From an uncultured Bacteroidales bacterium (GTDB lineage: Bacteria > Bacteroidota > Bacteroidia > Bacteroidales > WCHB1-69), in the NCBI GenBank assembly GCA_947167635.1, contig CAMVIT010000001.1, forward strand, positions 3,796-67,795: a DNA stretch of 64,000 bases. Direction: 5' to 3'. Each line of letters begins with the position of its first letter. The stretch's first letter is position 1. Positions 55,802 through 64,000 of the stretch are shown one piece after another. The notes below the pieces were generated by a model. It made no database searches. It saw only the letters and a list, made by a program, of their open reading frames with translations, and was not told where the DNA came from. A program made the translations under genes and the position numbers.

Positions 55802-56872
55802 ATGCAGACATTCAAAGGCAAGAAGGTTTTTCTTACAGGCCACACCGGCTTCAAAGGTGCATGGCTGACGTTTATGCTCCATCAAATGGGCGCGGAAGTC
55901 ATGGGGTATTCCCTGGAACCCAACACCAAGCCAAGCCTTTACAATGTGATTGACGGCGACAGCCTTTGCCAATCCGTGATGGGCGACATCCGTGACACGG
56001 AACATCTGCACAGATGTATGGCCGGCTTTCAGCCGGATATTGTTTTTCATCTGGCGGCACAGCCTATCGTGCGCACTTCATACAAGATTCCAGCGGAGAC
56101 TTTCGAGGTCAACGCCATCGGCACCGCCAATGTGCTCGACGGCATCCGGCTGTTGGAGAAGCCCTGCGTGGGCGTGATGATCACCACCGACAAGGTCTAT
56201 CAGAACAACGAGACGGGACAGGCCTACAAGGAGGACGACCGCTTCGGCGGGTATGACCCCTACAGTGCCAGCAAAGCCTGCGCCGAACTGGTCATCGACT
56301 CGTATCGTAAATCGTTCTTTAATCCTGATGATTACGAACAGCACCACAAGACCGTTGCTTCCGCCCGCGCCGGCAACGTTATCGGCGGGGGCGACTGGGC
56401 CGCCGACCGGCTGGTTCCCGACATCGTGCGGGCTTTGTCCAAAGGCGAGGCCATCCAAATCCGCAACCCCAAAGCCGTGCGGCCCTGGCAGCACGTGCTG
56501 GAACCTCTTTCCGGTTACATCCTGCTGGCTCAAAAGCTGATGCAAGACCCCGTCCAATATGCCGAGGGGTTCAACTTCGGTCCGAACCCTGCCGACACAC
56601 TGACAGTGGAAGAGATGACGCAGATGGCCACGGAGATATGGGGCGGCGGCACATTTGTTTTCCCCCAGCTCGCCAACCAACCGCACGAGGCGGGACTGCT
56701 CTCGTTGGACATCACCAAAGCCGGCAAAATGCTGGGCTGGAGGCCACGCCTCAATGCACGACAGGCTCTGGAGATGACATTGGTGTGGTATAAAATGTTC
56801 TATCAGAAAGGATCCTCATCCATAGTGGAACTGATGAAGGAGCAGATAAACAGAAATTTTGTCATTTTATGA
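55802..56872 (+). CDS. rfbG: CDP-glucose 4,6-dehydratase
   Basis: 356 aa with an N-terminal TGHTGFKGAWL Rossmann motif and YSASKACAE (Y-x3-K). Confidence 0.88.
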   Translation: MQTFKGKKVFLTGHTGFKGAWLTFMLHQMGAEVMGYSLEPNTKPSLYNVIDGDSLCQSVMGDIRDTEHLHRCMAGFQPDIVFHLAAQPIVRTSYKIPAETFEVNAIGTANVLDGIRLLEKPCVGVMITTDKVYQNNETGQAYKEDDRFGGYDPYSASKACAELVIDSYRKSFFNPDDYEQHHKTVASARAGNVIGGGDWAADRLVPDIVRALSKGEAIQIRNPKAVRPWQHVLEPLSGYILLAQKLMQDPVQYAEGFNFGPNPADTLTVEEMTQMATEIWGGGTFVFPQLANQPHEAGLLSLDITKAGKMLGWRPRLNARQALEMTLVWYKMFYQKGSSSIVELMKEQINRNFVIL

Positions 56873-56894
56873 TTTCCATAAAATGGAAATTTTG

Positions 56895-56902
56895 TATTTT
56901 TG
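56895..56902 (+). promoter_or_regulatory. -7 box (TATTTTTG) for the ATPase gene
   Basis: GTATTTTTGCAAAA 20 nt upstream of the ATG at 56922, so the ATPase gene has its own promoter inside the sugar operon. Confidence 0.45.
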
Positions 56903-56921
56903 CAAAATCAGATTTTGAAAA

Positions 56922-58070
56922 ATGGCAACAAATAGGAACAAGGCAATATTCGACAATCCCTTTGTCACGACAGGATATGTGGGAGCTGCTTATTTCTGCG
57001 ACAGAGAAAAGGAGACGGAAGACATTGTCCGATTGCTGACCAATGGTAACAATGTGGCTCTGATATCTCCCCGTAGATATGGGAAAACTGACTTGCTCCG
57101 GCATTGTTTTGCACAAAAAGAGATTGCAGAACGGTACTATACCTTTATAGTTGACATATATTCAACCAAATCGGTCTCGGAAATGGTTGGTAAGCTGGGA
57201 AGTGTTATTTTGGAAACACTCAAGCCTCACGGGAAAAAAATATGGGGAAAATTTCTAAAAATGCTCGCTTCAGTCAGGTCTGAAATCAGTTTCGACATTA
57301 ATGGATTGCCTTCATGGACTATGAGTGTGGGTGATATAGAGGCTCCCGACACCACCTTGGGGGAAATATTCGCCTACTTGCAAAACGCAGATAAGCCCTG
57401 TATCGTAGCTATTGATGAGTTCCAGCAAATCACAAAATATGCCGACACGAACATCGAGGCTGCATTGCGGACGTATATTCAATATTGCAGCAATGCCAAA
57501 TTTGTATTTTCCGGTTCACGTCAGCATTTGATGGGATCGATGTTCCTCTCTCCAGCACGTCCTTTTTATCAGAGCGTGACCATCTATGGATTGAACCGAC
57601 TACCCTTGGACAAGTACACGTCTTTTTGCCAATATCATTTTCAAGATTATGGCAAACAAGTAGAAAATGAGGTCGTAGAACAATTATACAATCAATTTGA
57701 GGGTGTTACATACTACATCCAACGTGCCATGAACGAACTTTTCTTTCGAACCCCCATCAATGGTGTATGTAAAACAAGGGATATTGACAGTGCAATACAA
57801 GCGATTATAGACATCTCATCCCCGATATATGAGGATTTACTCTATCAATTACCGGAAAAGCAAAGCCGAGTGTTGGTGGCAATTGGGAAAGAGCAAAAAG
57901 CTGTCAATATTACATCCGGAAAATTTGTGAAAAAACACGGGTTGCTTTCCCCGAATTCCGTTAAAGCAGCGGTCCCGGCTCTAATAGACAAGGGTTTGCT
58001 CACTATGGACAAAGGGGTATATCAAGTTTACGACAAATTTTTCAACCTTTGGTTAGAACAACATTTATGA
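56922..58070 (+). CDS. AAA-type ATP-binding protein (archaeal-ATPase-like family with a C-terminal winged-helix-like region)
   Basis: 382 aa. FCDREKETEDIVRLL...ALISPRRYGKTDLL (Walker A variant) and IVAIDEFQQI (Walker B), as in the Arch_ATPase/DUF234 family. Confidence 0.65.
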   Translation: MATNRNKAIFDNPFVTTGYVGAAYFCDREKETEDIVRLLTNGNNVALISPRRYGKTDLLRHCFAQKEIAERYYTFIVDIYSTKSVSEMVGKLGSVILETLKPHGKKIWGKFLKMLASVRSEISFDINGLPSWTMSVGDIEAPDTTLGEIFAYLQNADKPCIVAIDEFQQITKYADTNIEAALRTYIQYCSNAKFVFSGSRQHLMGSMFLSPARPFYQSVTIYGLNRLPLDKYTSFCQYHFQDYGKQVENEVVEQLYNQFEGVTYYIQRAMNELFFRTPINGVCKTRDIDSAIQAIIDISSPIYEDLLYQLPEKQSRVLVAIGKEQKAVNITSGKFVKKHGLLSPNSVKAAVPALIDKGLLTMDKGVYQVYDKFFNLWLEQHL

Positions 58071-58198
58071 TTGCCATTACGAAAAAAGTCGTCACGAAAA
58101 AACGCATAATAAAGAATAGCACAAAAGAATCATGACCACACGGGAAGAGACACTGCAACAACGAAGATATATTACATTTGAATAACCAATAACATATT

Positions 58199-59512
58199 AT
58201 GTTGAACCATAAAGAATTACGCAAACAGATCACGGCATTGACCGCCGAATACTACAAAGCCCGCTTTGAAGAAAAAGAGTTCGTGCCCGGCAAGACCAAA
58301 GTGAACTATGCCGGTCGTGTGTTTGACGAGGAGGAATTGCAGAATGCCGTGAACGCATCTCTGGATTTCTGGCTGACAGAAGGAAGATTCTCCGAAGAGT
58401 TCTCCAGCAAGATTTCAGAGTTTTTGGGAGTGGAGAATGTACTGCTCACCAATTCCGGCTCATCCGCCAACCTGTTGGCGTTCTCAGCACTGACTTCCGA
58501 AAAACTTGGTGACAAAAGACTAAAGCCCGGCGATGAGGTGATCTCCGTGGCCGCCGGCTTTCCCGCCACTGTGACACCCATCATCCAAAACGGACTTGTA
58601 CCGGTGTTCGTGGATCTTAGCATTCCGACCTATAATATTGACGTCGAAATGTTGAAGAAAGCCATCACCCCAAAAGTGAAGTGCATCTTCCTGGCACACA
58701 CCCTTGGCAACCCGTTTGACATTGATGCCATCATGGAGATAGCCAAAGAGCATGACCTGTGGGTGGTGGAAGACAACTGCGACGCTTTCGGTTCCGAGTA
58801 CAAGGGCAGGAAGACCGGCACATTCGGTCACATTTCCACCATCTCATTCTATCCCGCCCACCATATCACCACCGGCGAGGGCGGAGCCATCTGCACCAAC
58901 GACCCGCAGCTGGCGAGAATCGTGCGCGCGTTCCGCGACTGGGGACGTGACTGCTACTGCGCCGGCGGCGACAACAACACCTGCGGCAAGCGCTTTTCCC
59001 AGCAGTTTGGCACTCTGCCCTTTGGCTTTGACCACAAGTATGTCTATTCGGAAATCGGCTACAACTTGAAGATGACCGATATACAAGCTGCTATCGGAGC
59101 CGCCCAGATGGACAAGCTGCCCGACTTTTGCGAGAGTCGCAAGGCACATTTTCAAGAGTGGAAGCGTATCTTCGGCAAGTATCCGCAGTATTTCATCACT
59201 CCTGAACCCACCGAGGGAGCCGACCCCGCATGGTTCGCCTTTATCGTGACGTTGAAAGAAAACAGCCCGTTCAAACGCGATGATTTGACCAAGTATTTGA
59301 ACGACAACCTTATAGAAACCCGCAATCTCTTCGCCGGCAATATGACCAAACAGCCTGCTTTTATCGGCAAAAATTGGCGTATCGCCGACCATCTGAACCG
59401 GACAGACTATATTATGAACAACACGTTCTTCTTGGGCACCTATCCCGGCCTGACCGATGAAATGTTCAAGTACGCAGAAGAGAAATTGGATGAATTCGTG
59501 AAACAATATTAA
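58199..59512 (+). CDS. rfbH: CDP-6-deoxy-L-threo-D-glycero-4-hexulose-3-dehydrase (E1, RfbH/DdhC)
   Basis: 437 aa, DegT-like fold with AHHIT (His in place of the PLP lysine). Cysteines are spaced exactly C-x57-C-x-C-x7-C (DNC...DCYCAGGDNNTC), the [2Fe-2S] spacing I recall for E1. Confidence 0.85.
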   Translation: MLNHKELRKQITALTAEYYKARFEEKEFVPGKTKVNYAGRVFDEEELQNAVNASLDFWLTEGRFSEEFSSKISEFLGVENVLLTNSGSSANLLAFSALTSEKLGDKRLKPGDEVISVAAGFPATVTPIIQNGLVPVFVDLSIPTYNIDVEMLKKAITPKVKCIFLAHTLGNPFDIDAIMEIAKEHDLWVVEDNCDAFGSEYKGRKTGTFGHISTISFYPAHHITTGEGGAICTNDPQLARIVRAFRDWGRDCYCAGGDNNTCGKRFSQQFGTLPFGFDHKYVYSEIGYNLKMTDIQAAIGAAQMDKLPDFCESRKAHFQEWKRIFGKYPQYFITPEPTEGADPAWFAFIVTLKENSPFKRDDLTKYLNDNLIETRNLFAGNMTKQPAFIGKNWRIADHLNRTDYIMNNTFFLGTYPGLTDEMFKYAEEKLDEFVKQY

Positions 59513-59516
59513 CAAT

Positions 59517-60200
59517 ATGCTGGCAAAGAAATACTTATCAGAGGTCGTCTCCATAGCGAACCCGTTCAAGGGTATCTATACCGTGGAATTCAAGTCGCTG
59601 GAAAGGCCATACAAATATGCCCCGGGGCAGTTTCTCCATATTGCCATTGACGAGGAGTATGACGGCATCGGACAGTGGCCGGAATCGCGCTGCTTCTCCA
59701 TGCAGAGCGACCCTGCCGAGGATGTCATCCGCATCACCTACGCTGTGAAGGGGAACTTCACACAGGAGATGGAAAAGACCTTGGCAGTGGGCAGGGAAGT
59801 GTGGCTCAAATTGCCGTTTGGCGAACTCTTCACACAACCGCACAACAAAACCAATACCGTGTTCATTGCCGGCGGCACGGGCGTGACGCCCTTCCTTTCC
59901 CTCTTCACCCACGAATCCTTCAGGGACTATGCAGACCCGAAGATTTACCTGGGCTACAAGAATGAAGATTACTACATCTACCAGAAGGAGTTCGCCGCCA
60001 TCAAGAACGATAATGCCCAAATCACCATCTTCTACGAAAACAAGGATGGCGTAATCGACATTGCCAAAATCCATGAGCAGAACGGTAACGACAGCAGCTA
60101 TTTCATCTCCGGCCCTCCCGTGATGATCAAAATTTTCAAGGAAAAGCTCATTGAACTCGGCGTGCCGAAGGAGCATGTGCTCACCGACGACTGGGAATAA
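59517..60200 (+). CDS. FNR-like FAD/NAD(P)-binding oxidoreductase (E3/AscD-like reductase lacking the ferredoxin domain)
   Basis: 227 aa with an RCFSMQS (R-x-Y-S-type FAD motif) and AGGTGVTPF (NAD(P) motif). No Cys-rich [2Fe-2S] segment. It begins 5 nt after rfbH. Confidence 0.65.
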   Translation: MLAKKYLSEVVSIANPFKGIYTVEFKSLERPYKYAPGQFLHIAIDEEYDGIGQWPESRCFSMQSDPAEDVIRITYAVKGNFTQEMEKTLAVGREVWLKLPFGELFTQPHNKTNTVFIAGGTGVTPFLSLFTHESFRDYADPKIYLGYKNEDYYIYQKEFAAIKNDNAQITIFYENKDGVIDIAKIHEQNGNDSSYFISGPPVMIKIFKEKLIELGVPKEHVLTDDWE

Positions 60201-60230
60201 TTTGGAACGTTAATACAACTTTATAATAAA

Positions 60231-61007
60231 ATGAACTTACAAGAACGTCAAATGCTGGACTCCTTACTTGAATTAAAGGAAGTATATGGAGTTTATGGAA
60301 TAAAAGCGGAATTTGAGGCCGAAGGGGCCCGCATGGATGAACTTATCCGCCTTCGGGAATTGATATTGCGTGCCGATTTGAAATTCATCACCAAAATCGG
60401 CGGATGCGAAGCTGTGCATGACATGCAACAATGCAAATTGCTGGGTGCCACGGGCGTCATGGCCCCGATGATTGAAACCCCCTTTGCGCTGAGCAAGTTC
60501 GTCGGCGCGGCAAAACGTGTCTATGGTGACGACATGGACTCTGTGGAATGGATCATCAATGCTGAAACGAAGACCTGCCATGCCAATTACAAAGACATTT
60601 TGGAAGTAGGCCGCGGGTTCTTGAAAACCGTCACCGTTGGTCGCAGTGATCTTTCTGCCTCTATGGGAATTACACGCAAGGATATTGAAACAGAACCTGT
60701 TTTCGAAGCCACACGAGATTTGTTGCAACAATCACGCCAGGCGGGAATCACCACCAACTTCGGGGGCAATATTGGCATTGAAAGCATTCCGTTTATTGTC
60801 AGGATGAGTGACGTGGCCGATCGTTTTGAAACACGCAAAGTGGTGATTTCCATTGAAAAAGATGAGAGCAAATTGAAAAAAATCATCCATAAAGCTCTGG
60901 ATTTTGAACTTCAGTGGCTTTTATACAAAAAATCATACTATACACGCCTCTCTTCCGAGGATGAGGCTCGCATAGAGCGTATGCGTTTTCAATTAAACAA
61001 AGACTAA
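60231..61007 (+). CDS. HpcH/HpaI-like aldolase / citrate-lyase-beta superfamily protein
   Basis: 258 aa. GATGVMAPMIETPFAL and FEAEGA blocks resemble the TIM-barrel class II aldolase family. This is a weak by-eye call. Confidence 0.45.
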   Translation: MNLQERQMLDSLLELKEVYGVYGIKAEFEAEGARMDELIRLRELILRADLKFITKIGGCEAVHDMQQCKLLGATGVMAPMIETPFALSKFVGAAKRVYGDDMDSVEWIINAETKTCHANYKDILEVGRGFLKTVTVGRSDLSASMGITRKDIETEPVFEATRDLLQQSRQAGITTNFGGNIGIESIPFIVRMSDVADRFETRKVVISIEKDESKLKKIIHKALDFELQWLLYKKSYYTRLSSEDEARIERMRFQLNKD

Positions 61008-61009
61008 GT

Positions 61010-62032
61010 ATGGACAAGGTCGTTACTTTTGGAGAATTGATGTTGAAACTCTCCCCGGAAAGGTATGGGAGACTTATCCAAGCGCATCAACTCAATGTGG
61101 AATACAGCGGGGCAGAAGCCAACGTGGCCGTTTGTCTGGCCAATTTCGGACGGTCTGTTTCTTTTGTAACAGCTGTGCCTGTTAATATTTTAGGCGAGGC
61201 CGCGATAAATGCCATACGACATTATGGGGTTGATGTCTCTGACATCATTCGGAAAGACGGGCGCTTAGGGATCTACTTTTCGGAGAAAGGCGCCAGCCAA
61301 CGTCCCTCGAAAGTGGTGTACGATCGTGAATATTCCGCTATCGCCTTGGCAACGGTATCCGATTTTGACTGGGATGCCATCTTCCATGATGCCACATGGT
61401 TCCATTTCACGGGCATCACACCCGCTTTGAGCGACAATGCCGCTGCCAATTGCCTTGCAGCCTGCAAAGCGGCAAAAAACAAGGGATTGACCATCAGTTG
61501 CGACCTTAATTATCGGTCAAAACTTTGGAGCAAGGAAAAAGCCAACACTGTAATGACCGAGTTGTGCCAATATGTGGACATTTGCATAGCCAACGAGGCG
61601 GATGCCGCTGACGTGTTCGGAATCAATGCCGAACAGTCTGATGTGGACAAAGGTATCCTCAACGGACAATCCTACACATTGGTGGCCAAACAATTACAAA
61701 CGAAATTCGGGTTCAAGAAAGTGGCCATTACGCTTCGGGAGTCCATTTCCGCAAGCGACAACAACTGGTCTGCAATCCTATTGGATGACAACAGAATCTA
61801 TACGAGTCACAAATATCCCATCCATATTGTTGACCGGATAGGCGGTGGCGACTCCTTTGGTGCAGGTCTCGTTTACGCTATATCAGCGGGTTATGACCCA
61901 CAGCACGCTTTGGAGTTCGCAGTGGCAGCCAGTTGCTTGAAGCAAACCATTGAAGGGGATTTCAACCTCGTGACAATCGACGAGGTTGAATCTCTTGTTG
62001 ACGGAAACCAATCGGGTAGAATATCAAGATAG
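61010..62032 (+). CDS. PfkB-family sugar kinase (2-dehydro-3-deoxygluconokinase-like)
   Basis: 340 aa with VVTFGELMLKLSP, GAEANVAV and a C-terminal DRIGGGDSFGAGLVYA, a KdgK-like signature. Confidence 0.7.
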   Translation: MDKVVTFGELMLKLSPERYGRLIQAHQLNVEYSGAEANVAVCLANFGRSVSFVTAVPVNILGEAAINAIRHYGVDVSDIIRKDGRLGIYFSEKGASQRPSKVVYDREYSAIALATVSDFDWDAIFHDATWFHFTGITPALSDNAAANCLAACKAAKNKGLTISCDLNYRSKLWSKEKANTVMTELCQYVDICIANEADAADVFGINAEQSDVDKGILNGQSYTLVAKQLQTKFGFKKVAITLRESISASDNNWSAILLDDNRIYTSHKYPIHIVDRIGGGDSFGAGLVYAISAGYDPQHALEFAVAASCLKQTIEGDFNLVTIDEVESLVDGNQSGRISR

Positions 62033-62051
62033 ACCATATAAATGCCTTTTT

Positions 62052-63866
62052 ATGATTAAAGTTAGTGATTTTATTTTCCAATATCTGGTTGAAAAATACA
62101 ATATCCATCATTGTTTTATGGTGACAGGTGGTGGAGCCATGCACCTGAATGACTCCATAGGTCACACTAAAGGCCTGACGTACATCTGCAATCATCATGA
62201 ACAGGCATCTGCCATTGCCGGAGAGGGCTATTACCGGGCTTGCGGCCAACTGGCCGTCACCTGCGTCACGACCGGACCCGGCGGCACCAATGCCGTTACC
62301 GGAGTCCTTGGACAATATCTCGACTCCATTCCCGGATTGTATATTTCCGGACAGATAAAGACTTCCACCTATAAGCACACCTACCCGTATCTGAATTTGC
62401 GGCAGTTGGGTGATCAGGAAGCGGATATTGTTTCCATCGTGTCACCCATTACAAAGTATGCCAAGACCATTTATGATCCGCGGGATGTGAAATATGAGTT
62501 GGACAAGGCTATTGCCATCGCTTTGGACGGAAGACCCGGTCCCGTTTGGCTGGATGTTCCGCTGGACGTGCAGGGAGCAATGGTTGACGAAACATTGTTC
62601 CGTGAGTTTAATGCTTCTGTGGAAATGATCGATCCCGTGAAACACTCCTTGGTGGATGAACAAATCAAACAGCTTATCGAAAAAATCAGAGGTGCGAAAA
62701 GTCCTGTCATTTATGTGGGCAATGGCGTTCGGCTGGCCAAACGGGAAAAGGAGTTCATCCAACTGGCAGAAATCCTGAATGTTCCCGTGGTCACGGCTAT
62801 CAGCGGTTCTGACATCATCTGGCACGACCACCCGTTGTGTTTCGGAAAGCCCGGCATTTGCGGCGATCGCATCGGAAATATAATGGTGCAAAATGCCGAC
62901 CTTTTGATTGTGATAGGCACACGCTTGAGTATCCGGCAGGTGGGCTATGCCTACGACCTGCTGGCTCCGAAAGCGTATAAGGTCATGGTGGATGTTGATT
63001 TGGCTGAGATGCAGAAACCCACATTGCGCATTGATATGCCCATCCATGTCAATATTTCAGAGTTTATTGACAAAATGCTCTCCTCTCTTGAGAATGAATC
63101 CGGGCTCCCGGAATTCAAATCTTGGATTGAGTGGGGCAGAACGCTTGAGAGCAAACTCCCGACCCTTTTTGACGACAATCCGGATTGTGAAGGATATGCC
63201 AACTCATATAAGTTCGCCGATGAGTTGTTCAATCAGTTGGAAGATGGCGACGTGGTTGTGACGGGCAACGGGACGGCTTACACCTGCACCTATCAGGCCA
63301 TGAAAGTGAACAAGGGGGTGAGAGTGTTTGCCAACCAAGGCTGTGCCGCCATGGGTTACGGATTGCCCGCTGCCATCGGTGCCTGCGTCAGCAATGAAAA
63401 AGGGAAAACAATCTGCGTGACGGGTGACGGTTCCATCCAAATGAATATTCAAGAACTTCAAACCCTTGTCACGAACGAGTTGCCGCTGAAAATCTTTGTG
63501 TTAGAAAATGAAAGCTATCTGGCAATCAAGACAACCCAGAAGGCTTTCTTTAACGGGAATTTTACGGGAAGCAACCCGGCAAGCGGCGTGGTGTGCCCCG
63601 ATTTGAAACGAATCGCGGAAGCATACGGGATTCCTTTTACACGGGTGTCAAGCAATGAGGGATTGCACGATGTCATTTCTCAAACGCTGAATACGGACGG
63701 AGCCATGATTTGCGAGGTGAAGATGCATCCCGAACAGACCCTTTTCCCTAAATCCGCATCCTTCATGGATAAGGCAACAGGGAAGATGACGTCCGCACCT
63801 CTTGACAAAATGGCTCCATTTATGCCTGAGGAACTACAAAAACAGTGCGAATTCACAAGTAAATAA
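62052..63866 (+). CDS. Thiamine-diphosphate-dependent enzyme of the acetolactate-synthase family (YerE-like candidate)
   Basis: ~604 aa. N-terminal Pyr domain (TGGGAMHLND...GEGYYRA...TTGPGGTNAVTG) and C-terminal PP domain with GDGSIQMNIQELQT. Confidence 0.75.
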   Translation: MIKVSDFIFQYLVEKYNIHHCFMVTGGGAMHLNDSIGHTKGLTYICNHHEQASAIAGEGYYRACGQLAVTCVTTGPGGTNAVTGVLGQYLDSIPGLYISGQIKTSTYKHTYPYLNLRQLGDQEADIVSIVSPITKYAKTIYDPRDVKYELDKAIAIALDGRPGPVWLDVPLDVQGAMVDETLFREFNASVEMIDPVKHSLVDEQIKQLIEKIRGAKSPVIYVGNGVRLAKREKEFIQLAEILNVPVVTAISGSDIIWHDHPLCFGKPGICGDRIGNIMVQNADLLIVIGTRLSIRQVGYAYDLLAPKAYKVMVDVDLAEMQKPTLRIDMPIHVNISEFIDKMLSSLENESGLPEFKSWIEWGRTLESKLPTLFDDNPDCEGYANSYKFADELFNQLEDGDVVVTGNGTAYTCTYQAMKVNKGVRVFANQGCAAMGYGLPAAIGACVSNEKGKTICVTGDGSIQMNIQELQTLVTNELPLKIFVLENESYLAIKTTQKAFFNGNFTGSNPASGVVCPDLKRIAEAYGIPFTRVSSNEGLHDVISQTLNTDGAMICEVKMHPEQTLFPKSASFMDKATGKMTSAPLDKMAPFMPEELQKQCEFTSK

Positions 63867-63877
63867 CACCTTTTTCT

Positions 63878-64000
63878 ATGCAAAATATCATCGTCACAGG
63901 TGCTACCGGGTGTGTGGGAAGTGCTGTCGTCAGACAAGCGATTGCGCAAGGCATGAGCGTGACATGTATGGTCCACAAGGATTCCCAAAGGCTATCGAAT
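63878..64000 (+). CDS. NAD-dependent epimerase/dehydratase (SDR) family protein, 5' fragment (runs off the right edge)
   Basis: MQNIIVTGATGCVGSAVVRQAIAQG... Rossmann GxxGxxG motif. Only 41 codons are visible. Confidence 0.6.
   Translation, partial: MQNIIVTGATGCVGSAVVRQAIAQGMSVTCMVHKDSQRLSN

Overview
This looks like a chromosomal segment of a Bacteroidota (Bacteroidales-like) genome. The evidence is recurrent TAnnTTTG -7 promoter boxes, a short 286-aa primary sigma factor, T9SS parts (GldD, a PorV/PorQ-like barrel, two proteins with T9SS C-terminal sorting domains) and a Rho with a long N-terminal insert. I call about 54 protein genes, partial ones at each edge, and one tRNA-Thr(CGU). I saw no rRNA, CRISPR array, integrase, transposase, reverse transcriptase or phage gene.

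Most of the window is densely packed core housekeeping: lgt, hutH, nadC, greA, dxs, mreB, folD, valS, holA, rplU-rpmA, rpoD, lspA, typA, folB, aroB, rho. Two surface-polysaccharide loci are also present, at 44.8-50.1 kb on the minus strand and 54.4 to beyond 64.0 kb on the plus strand.

The four items most worth a second look:
1. A two-copy, roughly 314-nt GC-rich non-coding element (23387-23700 and 44433-44746). Differences between the copies preserve helices and fit a plus-strand RNA. Copy 2 is bracketed by a perfect 18-bp inverted repeat.
2. A three-gene operon at 5.5-15.4 kb: an atypical 1272-aa TonB-dependent-like barrel, a 1576-aa unrecognisable T9SS cargo and a PorV-like barrel.
3. A CDP-3,6-dideoxyhexose pathway extended by a ThDP enzyme and a reductase (yersiniose-like branched sugar). 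It is interrupted by an AAA-type ATPase, an HpcH-like aldolase and a KdgK-like kinase.
4. Several odd architectures: a Wzy-GT4 fusion, an E3-like reductase with no Fe-S domain, a Rho with no visible N-terminal helix bundle, and an orphan transketolase half.

All functional calls come from motif recognition by eye. No searches were run, and start codons were adjusted by hand where the ORF track used alternative starts.
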